The notes under the pieces: model-generated
What the model saw: only the letters and a program-made list of their open reading frames with translations
Told to the model about the DNA's origin: nothing
Database searches by the model: none
Program-made: the position numbers and the translations under genes
Assembly (NCBI GenBank): GCA_051002255.1
Contig: JBPCMM010000229.1
Coordinates: 1 to 48,941, forward strand
Reading direction: 5' to 3'
Length of the DNA stretch: 48,941 bases
Source of the DNA: Pyrinomonadaceae bacterium
GTDB lineage: Bacteria; Acidobacteriota; Blastocatellia; Pyrinomonadales; Pyrinomonadaceae
In this document: positions 8,663-17,915 of the stretch, piece by piece
How positions within the stretch are numbered: position 1 is the first letter of the stretch
Layout: every line of letters starts with the position of its first letter

Positions 8663-9451
8663 CTAACGACCCCTGATTACTAAACGTCGGTCCGCGCGTG
8701 CGAAGCTTAAGCTCCCGCTGAGTTTTCGGGCAGGTTCTAACCAGAACTCCACAACGGCACAACCGCGATCAGTCACCTCTACCTTTTGTTCAGGCACCCC
8801 TGTCACAGCCAGACCGTCCGGAACAGATATCTTGACCACATATGTTCCCGCCGGCAAACCTTCAACTCGGAATTGCCCTTTCATGTCTGTCCTGATTTTT
8901 CTCTTCGCCTGTCCCTCAATCGTTACCTTGGTGCCCGCAAGGGGTAGATTGTCATACCCACCATCCTTGTTCCTTCGGTTTTTGACTACTTTACCGCTGA
9001 TCGTCGCCCCTGGTTTTGCTGTGGCCAACCCACGAATGTAGCTGAGGTCTTCTGCAGCCCTGGCGATGGATCTGGTTCTTGAGCAAATGCTTGTTGAGAG
9101 TTTTCCCTCATACTCAGAAGCGTAAACGAGATACTGTTGGGACGGAACAAATCCAAACCCACAATCACCGCCGCCCATTGCCGTCGTTACTTCTACCTTC
9201 GAACCTCTGACCCCGCGAAAAGGAGAATCTACCGAGAGACGCACGGCGCGCCTCTTCCTTTCATAATTGGCCTGCTTGATGGTGATGATGCGGCTGTCGA
9301 TAACGGTGCCGACGAAAACCGCGGACGCTTCCCCGTACGCCTGACAAGGGACACGCTCAAGACAACTGCAGGCGAGCGTATTGCCCGCAGACAGCGCTAG
9401 CAATGCGAAACCGGTAATAGCAATGAATAGCCATCTCATAGCTGCCCTCAT
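8663..9451 (-). CDS. Exported protein: TIMP/NTR-like N-domain fused to a carboxypeptidase-regulatory-like beta-sandwich
   Basis: The signal peptide ...ALLALSAGNTLA|CSC leaves a Cys-x-Cys mature N-terminus. CSCLERVPCQAYGEASAVFVGTVI can be compared with TIMP [24 protein letters not shown]. Further Cys residues fall at mature positions 70 and 96, within GGGDCGFGF..QQYLVYA...STSIC. The C-terminal part (GTKVTIEG...KGQFRVEGLPAGTYVV) is CarboxypepD_reg-like. The start is ATG 9451 or TTG 9457, 1-7 nt after the uvrC stop. Confidence 0.7.
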   Translation of the reverse strand: MRAAMRWLFIAITGFALLALSAGNTLACSCLERVPCQAYGEASAVFVGTVIDSRIITIKQANYERKRRAVRLSVDSPFRGVRGSKVEVTTAMGGGDCGFGFVPSQQYLVYASEYEGKLSTSICSRTRSIARAAEDLSYIRGLATAKPGATISGKVVKNRRNKDGGYDNLPLAGTKVTIEGQAKRKIRTDMKGQFRVEGLPAGTYVVKISVPDGLAVTGVPEQKVEVTDRGCAVVEFWLEPARKLSGSLSFARADRRLVIRGR

Positions 9452-9458
9452 ATTCAAA

Positions 9459-11360
9459 TTACGTTAACGGTGTCACCGAGGGCCCGGTGTTCTCGGCCAC
9501 TTCGGTGTCCCGCGGCGTTGTGGTTCCAGCTTCGGCAAGGTTTCGTTGGCGATTGAAGTGCTCGACAATTTCATTCGCCGTTCTCAATCCCACAAAAGGC
9601 GATAATTCTGAAACGCTGGCAAGCGCAACTCTTTGAATCGAACCGAACTGCCTCAGCAAACGGGTTTTGCGCTTGTCACCCACCCCCGGTATGGCAGTTA
9701 GTTCGGAGGTGAAGTCGCGCAACTCTCGGCGTTTGCGATGGTAAGTGACAGCATAACGGTGTGTTTCGTCGCGAATCATCTGCAGCAAGCGAAGAATCAG
9801 TGAATGAGAGTCGAGATAAACTGGTTCATCCTCTCGCCCTTTCACCAGCAGATGCGACACATCGTTGTGGCGGAACGGTGGTTTGACTACACCAACCATC
9901 GGCACTGCTTCCAAGTCGAGTTCGCGCATCGCATCGGCAGCTGCCTTGAGTTGACCCTTGCCTCCATCAATCATGATCAGCTCCGGCAAAGGCTTTCCTT
10001 CATCCAGCACTCGGCGATACCGTCGAAAAACTGCTTCGCGCATAGACGCCACATCGTTTGACCCTTCGACCGTTCTGATTCGGAACTTGCGGTACTCCGA
10101 ACGATTCATTTTCCCGTTTTCGGAGACCACCATACCGGCTACATTGTCCGCGCCTTGAATGTTTGAAACGTCAAACGACTCAATGCGAGTTGGAAAACGA
10201 GGCAATTCCAGAGTCTCCTGCAACTCCTCGAGCACGAGCTTCATATCCGGCTTGAGCACGCGAAACCGCTGCTCAAACGCCAGCTTCGCATTCTTCTCAC
10301 CGAGATCAATGAGGTCGCGCTTTTCGCCTCGTTGGGTGTGTAGAATCTTGACGCGGCGTCCCTTCCGTTCGCTCAAGGCCGTTTCCAGCAACTCGCGATC
10401 TTCAAAGTCTACCGACACATGAATTTCTTTGGGCACATAATCGGTCGTATAGTACTGGGCCAGAACGTCACTCAGGAATGAGGCAGGATTGAAATCGCCT
10501 TCCGGCAGGTCCTCCCAGAAAAATTCGCGCCGTCCGACGATGTGGCCTTCGCGCATTGTGAATAGCTGCAGCGCCAGTCGGCGGCCCTCGCGATAGTAGG
10601 CGAAGATGTCGACATCGCGCTCCGGCGAGGTGGCCATTTTCTGTTGTTCAGAAAGCTTGATGACAGTCTTCCGGAGATCGCGGTACTTAGCCGCCATTTC
10701 GTAACGAAGATCTGTCGAAGCCTGCGTCATGCGGTCTGCGAGTGTATCGGCCAGTTCCTTATTCCGTCCTTCCAGCAGCAGCCGCACATCTTTGACCGCT
10801 TCCTGATACTGCGGCGGCGTGCACAATCCCTTGACGCATGGACCAAGGCATCGTTTGATGTGGTACTCAAGACATGGTCGAGGAGCCTTACCGTCAATAT
10901 CGATATCACAGGTTCGCAGTTGGAACGTCCGATTAATCAAATCTATTGTCTTGCGGGCAAGGCTGGCCGGCAAGAAAGGGCCGAAATAAAGCGCACCATC
11001 ATTTTGGATCCGCCTCGTGATTACGACCTTGGGAAAAGGCTCATTGATCGTAAGTTTAAGGTGAGGATACGACTTATCATCTTTTAGATTGACGTTGTAG
11101 CGAGGCTTATGTTTTTTAGTTAGCGTTGCTTCAAGTATCAGGGCCTCGACTTCGTTGTCCGTGACGATGAACTCGACATCAGCGATCTGTCTTAGAAGAG
11201 CGTCGGTCTTACGGTCGAATGGCCGCGCTTGAAAGTAAGAACGGACGCGGATGCGCAGGTTCTTTGCCTTGCCGATGTAAATAGTCTTTCCCGCGCCGTC
11301 TTTGTAGAGATAGACGCCGGCAGAACGTGGAATTTCTTTTAGTTTTTCGTCTAAGGTCAC
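9459..11360 (-). CDS. uvrC: Excinuclease ABC subunit C
   Basis: 633 aa. The GIY-YIG motif is GVYLYKDGAGKTIYIGKAKNLRIRVRSYF. A UVR domain follows (EMAAKYRDL). The C-terminal (HhH)2 region reads LTAIPGVGDKRKTRLLRQFGS. GTG start at 11360. Confidence 0.97.
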   Translation of the reverse strand: MTLDEKLKEIPRSAGVYLYKDGAGKTIYIGKAKNLRIRVRSYFQARPFDRKTDALLRQIADVEFIVTDNEVEALILEATLTKKHKPRYNVNLKDDKSYPHLKLTINEPFPKVVITRRIQNDGALYFGPFLPASLARKTIDLINRTFQLRTCDIDIDGKAPRPCLEYHIKRCLGPCVKGLCTPPQYQEAVKDVRLLLEGRNKELADTLADRMTQASTDLRYEMAAKYRDLRKTVIKLSEQQKMATSPERDVDIFAYYREGRRLALQLFTMREGHIVGRREFFWEDLPEGDFNPASFLSDVLAQYYTTDYVPKEIHVSVDFEDRELLETALSERKGRRVKILHTQRGEKRDLIDLGEKNAKLAFEQRFRVLKPDMKLVLEELQETLELPRFPTRIESFDVSNIQGADNVAGMVVSENGKMNRSEYRKFRIRTVEGSNDVASMREAVFRRYRRVLDEGKPLPELIMIDGGKGQLKAAADAMRELDLEAVPMVGVVKPPFRHNDVSHLLVKGREDEPVYLDSHSLILRLLQMIRDETHRYAVTYHRKRRELRDFTSELTAIPGVGDKRKTRLLRQFGSIQRVALASVSELSPFVGLRTANEIVEHFNRQRNLAEAGTTTPRDTEVAENTGPSVTPLT

Positions 11361-11542
11361 AGCTTCGCAATTGCTTGGGAATTACAGGGGATTTGCTCGA
11401 TTCATTCTAGCTTAGAAGGATTACGAATGCATTCTGCGCGCCTTTTGAGTAGTGTCCTAACCAAGTTTTCTTGGTGGTTTCGTGTCCCGCGAAATTAGTC
11501 CGCGAAGTTCTTGGAGTCTTATCAAGGTGGCAAGCGACATAA

Positions 11543-11611
11543 CGATCCCCGAAATCCCGCGAACCAAGCCGAATCTTCTCTCAGTGCTATTTCGTGTGAT
11601 TTCGTGGATCG
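11543..11611. repeat. Family C inverted repeat, copy 2
   Basis: The left arm is cgatccccgaaatcccgcgaacc (11543-11565) and the right arm is tatttcgtgtgatttcgtggatcg (11588-11611). It lies in the divergent uvrC/pfkB spacer, 30 nt before the 11641 start. Confidence 0.75.
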
Positions 11612-11640
11612 TGTTTGAGTATTAGGTAAGCTAAGAGCTA

Positions 11641-12588
11641 GTGCAATTTCCCTTCACACTGCCAACTCAAAGACAATTCGACGCCGTCGGTTTTGGCCTG
11701 AATGCCATCGATCACTTAATCGTCGTTCCGGAATATCCGGCGTTCGACAGCAAGATGCGTTTCAGAGAGCATCAGCAGTCTCCGGGCGGTCAAACCGCAA
11801 CCGCAATGGTTGCTTTGCAAAGGTTGGGCTTGCAAACAGCTTACGCAGGACGCTTCGGCTCTGACGCAGAAGGACAATTTGGACTCAGCTCGCTTAAGGA
11901 TGAAGGTGTTGACATTGAGTCTGCTGAAGTCGTCGCCGGCGCTCGCAACCAGATTGCTTTCATTATCATCGACGCGCGCTCTGGTGACCGAACCATAATC
12001 TGGGACCGCGATGAGGGCCTTGCATACAGGGTTGACGACGCGCCTGTCAAAATCTCGACGCTGGGGCGTATCTTGCACATCGATGCACATGATCCACCCG
12101 CCTGCGCCCGGCTGGCCCAGGCAGCTCGGGCGACGGGGACCATCGTGACCGCCGATGTCGACAACATCTATGAAGGACTGCCCGAACTGCTGCCCTTGAT
12201 TGATCTCTTGGTCACTTCCAGGGAGTTTCCTCACCGGCTAACTGGCATCAGCGACGAGCGCACCTCGCTTGTCGAGTTGAAAGCGCGCTATGGCTGCGCA
12301 GTGGTGGGCATGACCATGGGCAAGCGTGGTGCAATGGTCTACTCCGATGGCCAGTTCCTGGAATCACCGGCCTATGAAGTGCCAGGCGCTTGTCGCGATA
12401 CCACCGGCGCCGGAGACGCATTTCATGGCGGCCTTCTTTATGGATTGTTGCGTGGAGAAGATATGGAAACAAGTTTGAAACTCGCGAACGCGACCGCCGC
12501 GCTGAAGTGTCGCGCCCTGGGTGCGCGGACGGCTCTGCCGACCAAGGCTGAGTTGGAAGAGTTCCTTTTGTCAGCCAGGCCGGTCTGA
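11641..12588 (+). CDS. PfkB-family carbohydrate/nucleoside kinase
   Basis: 315 aa with the ribokinase-family signature DTTGAGDAFHGGLLYG near the C-terminus and an N-terminal GxxxxD region. GTG start. Confidence 0.85.
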   Translation: MQFPFTLPTQRQFDAVGFGLNAIDHLIVVPEYPAFDSKMRFREHQQSPGGQTATAMVALQRLGLQTAYAGRFGSDAEGQFGLSSLKDEGVDIESAEVVAGARNQIAFIIIDARSGDRTIIWDRDEGLAYRVDDAPVKISTLGRILHIDAHDPPACARLAQAARATGTIVTADVDNIYEGLPELLPLIDLLVTSREFPHRLTGISDERTSLVELKARYGCAVVGMTMGKRGAMVYSDGQFLESPAYEVPGACRDTTGAGDAFHGGLLYGLLRGEDMETSLKLANATAALKCRALGARTALPTKAELEEFLLSARPV

Positions 12589-12635
12589 TCAAAATGAAAC
12601 GACCAACTCAGGTACAGAAGAATTCTAACCCTGCA

Positions 12636-13328
12636 TCAGGCTCCTGTTGGGCGAGCGGCTTCACCGAGGTATTTTCGGAAGTGAGCCTGGACGCGCTGCC
12701 ATGCATCCCTCGCAGCATTCGCATTGTAAACTTCAGGCCTGGTGTCATTGAAGAAGGCGTGGTCGGCATCATAGCTGACCACTTCGAGCGGTAAGTTGTA
12801 TTCGCGCGCCGCCTTTTTCAACGTCTCAACTTTTTCAGGAGTGATCCAATTGTCGCGCGTACCCGCAAAGAAAATAGTTGGCACTTTCAGTTTCGCGAGC
12901 ACCTTTTCCTCCGGGATGTCTCCGTAAAAAGGAGCAGCAACTGCTAGTTCGCTCATCTCACACGCCGCCCGCAACGCGAGGGTGCCGCCCATGCAGTAGC
13001 CGGTAATACCAATCTTTTGGGCACCAAAGGCGCTCCGGGCCTTCACAATTGCCTCGCTGATTGTTTCCAGCCCGTCCACGGTGTCGAGGTCGTGCATCAG
13101 CCGGGAAGCCTCTTCTGAATCCTTTGCCACTTTGCCGCGATACAGATCCGGCGTCACGCAAATATAGCCCTCTTTGGCGTAACGGCCGGCGAGGTCGCGA
13201 ATATGATCATTAATGCCCCACCATTCATGGATCAGTATTACTCCAGCTGTGGTGTCCCCGGCCGGACGAGCCACGACAGCGGTGGTTGCGCCTCTTGAAG
13301 TGTTCAGGTTGAGTGTTTCAATGTTCAT
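12636..13328 (-). CDS. Dienelactone hydrolase family protein
   Basis: 230 aa with IHEWWGIN, DLYRGK, the nucleophile elbow GYCMGG, and a C-terminal YDADHAF. Confidence 0.85.
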   Translation of the reverse strand: MNIETLNLNTSRGATTAVVARPAGDTTAGVILIHEWWGINDHIRDLAGRYAKEGYICVTPDLYRGKVAKDSEEASRLMHDLDTVDGLETISEAIVKARSAFGAQKIGITGYCMGGTLALRAACEMSELAVAAPFYGDIPEEKVLAKLKVPTIFFAGTRDNWITPEKVETLKKAAREYNLPLEVVSYDADHAFFNDTRPEVYNANAARDAWQRVQAHFRKYLGEAARPTGA

Positions 13329-13518
13329 CTGTGAATAGGCCCCCTACGATATCTGATCATGATTAGAAAGTTGCTGTGAGACTTGGATTATATGTTAGAG
13401 GCAGGCAAGAAAAAAAACCTTCTCGTCACGCCTTTGGCGCCCAAAGCTGTGTGAAACGCCTCCTTCAATGATATAAAACTGCCGCTCCGGAGAATTGCTC
13501 GCTTCTCGACCGCGTGCC

Positions 13519-13598
13519 TGTCAGAACAGGGAGCGGTAGCGACCTGGTCTCCATTGGGAAGCACACAACCCGGTCGCTACCGCTCGCGGTTCTAACAG
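13519..13598. repeat. Family F inverted repeat (26-27-nt arms)
   Basis: ctgtcagaacagggagcggtagcgacc (13519-13544) pairs with ggtcgctaccgctcgcggttctaacag (13572-13598). A short fragment, ccggtcgctaccg, recurs near 39486. Confidence 0.85.
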
Positions 13599-13629
13599 AA
13601 ACAATCAATCGATTTTCCAAGGAAGCTAT

Positions 13630-15330
13630 ATGAAACTGTTTATTCAGGCATTTATGGTGATTGCCCTGGCTGCGCTGGGACTGTTAGCGGTCAATCCCGA
13701 GGCTCAAACCGCCGCCAATTTAGTTTTTAAAAACGGAAACGTCTACACCGTCAACTCCAGCCAGCCAAAGGCTGAAGCCGTCGCGGTAAAAGCAGACCGC
13801 ATCGTGTTTGTCGGATCAAATATCGAAGCGCAGAAGTACGTCGGCAAGAGCACGCGCGTAGTAGATCTGCAGGGTAAGACCGTAGTGCCCGGAATGACTG
13901 ATGCTCATCAGCACCTCCCCGGCGTTGGCTTCCGTGAGATGACGCTGAATCTCGAAGGCGTTACCAGCCTTGAAGACTTTCTGGGCAAAGTGAAAGCCCG
14001 CGTTGACCAGGCCCGCCCGGGGGAATGGGTCACCGGCCGGGGCTGGATTGAAACCTTCTGGAAACCGCCTGTCTTTCCGACTCGCGCAGATCTCGACAAA
14101 GTTGCGCCAAACAACCCGCTGGTCCTTACGCGCGCGGATGGGCATGCTTCGGTGGTCAACAGCGCTGCCCTGAGGATCGCCGCTGTCGATAAAAACACCC
14201 CGAGTCCCTTCGGTGGGGAAATATCCAAGGACAAACCTACAGGGGAGCCGAACGGCATGCTCTTGGACGCCGCGCAAGGATTGGTAAGGCGTCATATCCC
14301 TGCCACCACTCCGGCAGATGCTGAGCGCGCAATCGAGCTGGGCGTCAAGCGTGATATCGAGCTCGGCTGGACGCAGATTCATGATGCTGGGGGTGGCTAT
14401 CAGGAGATCGATCTCTACAAGAAACTCTACGGCGAGGGCAAGATTAGGTTGCGCATCTACAAGGCCGTGCATGGACCGGGTCCAAGTGCCACACGGTTGC
14501 TGTCGGAAGGTCCAACAATCGGGAAATTCGATAACCGATTTACGCTGCGGACGATAAAGGTTGTTTCTGATGGCGCTCTCGGTTCGCGGGGAGCGGCCCT
14601 GCTGGCACCTTATTCAGACGCACCCGACACATCTGGCTTTTTAACTGTCAAACAGGAGGACCTGGGTCCCATGCTGCAGACGGCGCTGAAACAGGGAATC
14701 CAGGTGGAGACACACGCCATTGGCGATCGCGCCAATCGCTTCACGCTCGACGAATATGAGAAAGCCTTCAAGGCCGTGCCCCGCGAACAACGTAAGATCG
14801 CCGAACCGCGTTGGCGCATCGAGCACGCGCAGATAGTCGACCAGTCAGACATCCCGCGCTTTGCCAAACTCGGTGTGATTCCTTCAATGCAACCTTCGCA
14901 CGCAATCGGCGACCTGCATTTTGCGCCGAGCAGAGTGGGAATCCCGCGTTTGGCCGGGGCCTATGTATGGCAGACGTTCATCAAGTCGGGTGTAGCAGTT
15001 GCGGGAGGCTCGGACGCGCCGGTGGAGCGTGGTGAGCCGATGATTGAGTTCTACGCAGCGGTGGCCCGCAAGGACCAGAAAGGCTTTTCCGGGGAAGGAT
15101 GGCATCCTGAGGAGGCCGCCAGTCGCGACCAGGTTCTTAAGATGTTTACGATTTGGCCTGCCTTTGCCGCCTTTGAAGAAAAGCTGCGAGGCTCAATCGA
15201 AGTAGGCAAGATTGCCGACTTCACAATCCTCTCGGCCGACATCATGAAGATTCCCGAGGCGGAAATCTTGAAGACGCGAAATGTCATGACCGTGATCAAT
15301 GGCGAGATTGTTTATGAAGCGAAGCCGTAG
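13630..15330 (+). CDS. Exported amidohydrolase (Amidohydro_3/YtcJ-like metal-dependent hydrolase)
   Basis: 566 aa with a Sec-type signal, MKLFIQAFMVIALAALGLLAVNPEAQT. Motifs are H-x-H (DAHQHL), ETHAIGD and GSDAPV. AAGGAAG precedes the ATG. Confidence 0.88.
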   Translation: MKLFIQAFMVIALAALGLLAVNPEAQTAANLVFKNGNVYTVNSSQPKAEAVAVKADRIVFVGSNIEAQKYVGKSTRVVDLQGKTVVPGMTDAHQHLPGVGFREMTLNLEGVTSLEDFLGKVKARVDQARPGEWVTGRGWIETFWKPPVFPTRADLDKVAPNNPLVLTRADGHASVVNSAALRIAAVDKNTPSPFGGEISKDKPTGEPNGMLLDAAQGLVRRHIPATTPADAERAIELGVKRDIELGWTQIHDAGGGYQEIDLYKKLYGEGKIRLRIYKAVHGPGPSATRLLSEGPTIGKFDNRFTLRTIKVVSDGALGSRGAALLAPYSDAPDTSGFLTVKQEDLGPMLQTALKQGIQVETHAIGDRANRFTLDEYEKAFKAVPREQRKIAEPRWRIEHAQIVDQSDIPRFAKLGVIPSMQPSHAIGDLHFAPSRVGIPRLAGAYVWQTFIKSGVAVAGGSDAPVERGEPMIEFYAAVARKDQKGFSGEGWHPEEAASRDQVLKMFTIWPAFAAFEEKLRGSIEVGKIADFTILSADIMKIPEAEILKTRNVMTVINGEIVYEAKP

Positions 15331-15388
15331 AGGTCTTTGTGTATGTGCTTGTTGTTAACCAAGAGCGCCGCGGGAGCTGAACAATCAA

Positions 15389-15642
15389 CCAGCCCGCGAT
15401 AGAGGGCGACAGCATAAAGCCTGGGGTGGAGCGCAGCGGAACCCCAGGTCAACGGACAAAAAAGATTTAACCAGCCCGCGGAGCGGGCGACAGCGAATCA
15501 AGTGTATTGCTCTCGCGTTAAATTTTCATCAACGATGTCTCTTTTGTTGCCGCTGCCGCCCGCTTCGCAGGCTAGGAACTCAAATGCGATTGCCCTGGGG
15601 CTCACGCCCCAGGCTTTATGCTTTCGCCGCGCTTCGCGGGCT
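15389..15642. repeat. Family B nested palindrome (BIME-like), copy 1
   Basis: The outer arms 15389-15453 and 15593-15642 are reverse complements; each contains agcccgcga..gcgacagcataaagcctgggg. The inner arms 15471-15499 and 15546-15576 are also reverse complements. Each outer arm carries its own cctgggg...ccccagg sub-hairpin. Confidence 0.9.
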
Positions 15643-15669
15643 CTAGAACAAAAGGAGAAAGGGACCATC

Positions 15670-16992
15670 ATGAAGAACCCGATTGCTCACACACCTTGTC
15701 GCCGCCGCTTCCTCTCTCTGGCCGGCAAAAGCCTCGGTCTTGCTGCTCTGTCTTCATCGACTGTTGCGTCTCTTCTGAGAGAGGTCCAAGCGGCGACGAA
15801 AAGCGTCGCACATTTACCGCCGCAGCAGGTGGCGATGAATGAAGACTATTGGTCGGTTATTCAAAATGCCTTTTCTGTGACCCGCGGGATTATCAACTTG
15901 AACAACGGCGGCGTGTCGCCCAGCCCGCGTATCGTTACGGAAGCGCTGGTGCGTTACATCTGGCAACAGGAGGATGCGACGGCCTACACCATGTGGCAGA
16001 TCCTTGAGCCGCAATCAGAAACGATCCGGACCGGGCTGGCGGAGGTATTCGGATGCGATCGCGAAGAAATCGCCATCACCAGAAACGCCTCCGAGTCGCT
16101 GGAAATTCTTTTGATGGGCATGGACTTCAAACCAGGCGACGAGATTCTCACTACTACACAGGATTACGGGCGCATGGTGACTACCTTGCGCCAGCGCGAA
16201 AAGCGTGAAGGTCTGGTTTTGAAACTAGTCAAAATCCCGATCCCGCCCAGGAATCTTAACGAGATCACCGCGGCGTTCGCAGCCGGGATTACCGGCCGCA
16301 CGCGTCTGATCCTGATGTCGCACATGGTTAACATCACGGGCCAGATCACGCCTGTGAAAGCTGTCTGTGAAATGGCGCGCGCCAAAGGAATCGAAACGAT
16401 TGTCGACGGCGCTCATTCCTTTGCGCAATTTGATTTCAAGCAGAAGGATATTGGCTGCGACTACTTCGGCACTAGCCTGCACAAATGGCTTTACGCGCCT
16501 AAGGGTTCGGGTCTGCTTTACGTCAAACGCGAAAAGATACCGAGGATCTGGCCGTTGATGGCCGCGGAATCGAAACAAGCCTCAGACATCCGCAAGTTTG
16601 AAGAGATTGGCACCCATTCCGCCGCGCCCCGGCTGGCGATTGGTGAAGCCTTGCTTTTCCACAACGGGTTGGGAGGAAAGCGCAAAGAAGCGCGCTTGCG
16701 TTATCTGTCGCGCTACTGGATGAATCGACTCAGGGATCTACCGAAGGTCAGCTTCCACACGTCATTTGACGATAACCAGTCCTGCGCCATAGCGAATATT
16801 CACATTGAAGGGACGAACCCTTCGGCCATCGGCAGTTATCTCTTCGACAAACATCGAATCTTCACCACCCCTATCATCCATGACGAATTTCAGGGCATCC
16901 GCATCACACCCAACGTATATACGACCCTGGGCGAGTTGGATCGGTTCTGCAACGTAATGGAAACGATTGCGCGGAAGGGCTTACCAGCCTAG
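15670..16992 (+). CDS. Class V PLP-dependent aminotransferase (isopenicillin-N-epimerase/cysteine-desulfurase-like) with a twin-arginine signal
   Basis: AAGGAG (15651-15656) precedes ATG 15670. The N-terminus MKNPIAHTPCRRRFLSLAGKSLGLAALSSS is Tat-like. The PLP-lysine context is FGTSLHKWLYAPKG. The 56 extra codons in the track ORF (from 15502) are translated repeat sequence. Confidence 0.85.
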   Translation: MKNPIAHTPCRRRFLSLAGKSLGLAALSSSTVASLLREVQAATKSVAHLPPQQVAMNEDYWSVIQNAFSVTRGIINLNNGGVSPSPRIVTEALVRYIWQQEDATAYTMWQILEPQSETIRTGLAEVFGCDREEIAITRNASESLEILLMGMDFKPGDEILTTTQDYGRMVTTLRQREKREGLVLKLVKIPIPPRNLNEITAAFAAGITGRTRLILMSHMVNITGQITPVKAVCEMARAKGIETIVDGAHSFAQFDFKQKDIGCDYFGTSLHKWLYAPKGSGLLYVKREKIPRIWPLMAAESKQASDIRKFEEIGTHSAAPRLAIGEALLFHNGLGGKRKEARLRYLSRYWMNRLRDLPKVSFHTSFDDNQSCAIANIHIEGTNPSAIGSYLFDKHRIFTTPIIHDEFQGIRITPNVYTTLGELDRFCNVMETIARKGLPA

Positions 16993-17003
16993 CAGCAGTC
17001 GCA

Positions 17004-17032
17004 TTGACACCCTTTCAGTTTTCTCATAGAGT
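17004..17032 (+). promoter_or_regulatory. Candidate sigma-70 promoter
   Basis: TTGACA (17004-17009), 17 nt, then TAGAGT (17027-17032). It lies about 120 nt upstream of ATG 17155. Confidence 0.3.
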
Positions 17033-17154
17033 CCGCACCCAAGCCCAGTATTTCATCAACATTCCGCCGGCAACTCGTTTGCCGCAACATGGTTCGGACG
17101 GCGCGAAACTTACCTCCGCCCGACTCTAACCCCGATATGGAAAAGGAGCTCCGC

Positions 17155-17613
17155 ATGAAACTTCGACGCACTCTAATTGGTTCGTTAGTACTGCTTGTTT
17201 TGATTGTGGGTATTTCGGTGTTCGCTCAAGTCAATCGTCCGTTCCGCAACGGTTCGGTGTGGAACATTGCGTTCATCAGGATGAAACCCGGGATGGAAAC
17301 GGCTTATCTGAATTACCTGGCGGGCCCGTGGAAGGCTAATCAGGAAGCCTCGAAGAAAGAGGGGATAATTCTTTCCTACAAAGTCCTCACAGTTGAGGGC
17401 CACACACCGGGTGAGTGGAACGTTATGCTTATGACAGAATACAAGAACCTGGCAGCGATGGAGGCAAATGAGGAAAAGGCAGACGCCCTTGCTCAAAAGG
17501 TTGTAGGCGACGATGAGAAGCAGCGGCAAGGTTACAGAGAGCGCCTGGAAATTCGCGAGGTGATGGGGGATCGACTGGCTCGCGAGATTGTGCTCGAGCC
17601 AAGGAGCAGGTAA
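17155..17613 (+). CDS. Exported hypothetical protein
   Basis: AAAGGAG lies 6 nt before ATG 17155. The signal peptide is MKLRRTLIGSLVLLVLIVGISVFAQ. The gene is followed by a clean terminator. No family was recognised. Confidence 0.7.
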   Translation: MKLRRTLIGSLVLLVLIVGISVFAQVNRPFRNGSVWNIAFIRMKPGMETAYLNYLAGPWKANQEASKKEGIILSYKVLTVEGHTPGEWNVMLMTEYKNLAAMEANEEKADALAQKVVGDDEKQRQGYRERLEIREVMGDRLAREIVLEPRSR

Positions 17614-17655
17614 CTCGGACGTTGCTCATTCAGGCCGCCTTAGTTTATTAACAAT

Positions 17656-17690
17656 GCGCCGCTCTCCTACGTGAGGGCGGCGCTTTCGTT
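17656..17690 (+). terminator. Intrinsic terminator
   Basis: A 9-bp GC-rich stem pairs gcgccgctc with gagggcggcgc (17656-17683). It is followed by tttcgtt. Confidence 0.6.
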
Positions 17691-17915
17691 GAAGTTCTTG
17701 ACCAACCTGGAGCGTGAAGACGGTGAGATGCCCTCGGTCTCGCGACCCTTAAAGATGTTAGAAAGCACTAGAAGACGAGACCGCTATCGCGGGCTAGGGT
17801 CCAAATTCAGAGTTGACGCGCGCGCCTGAGTGCTTGAGAGACCGGCCCGCGGAAACCATCTGTAAGAAACTTTGTACCTCTCTTTCGTATTCGTATCTCA
17901 AAGGAAACCACCTAG

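Noticed and set aside
13816-14472. Long antisense or overlapping ORFs: 13816-14472, 45669-46340, 18822-19343, 37132-37659, 35438-35974, 11716-12234 and 6990-7499 (all minus strand), plus many shorter ones
   Set aside because: Each lies entirely inside a + strand gene with strong family motifs (amidohydrolase, icd, beta-lactamase-fold hydrolase, ileS, DUF948, pfkB, anchored protein). Their translations are R/A/G/P-rich and motif-free, as expected for the antisense frames of GC-rich genes.
15502-15669. N-terminal extensions and stand-alone ORFs that translate repeat DNA: 15502-15669, 26200-26385, 5910-6095, 27309-27491(-), 27442-27864(-), 34777-35055(-), 44552-44935 and 2878-3202
   Set aside because: The same peptide strings recur wherever the same repeat family occurs (for example GGKPP(L/F)LTC and FAGGEGGLAPAQDP on both strands). 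Convincing SD-plus-start-plus-signal-peptide combinations lie downstream of them.
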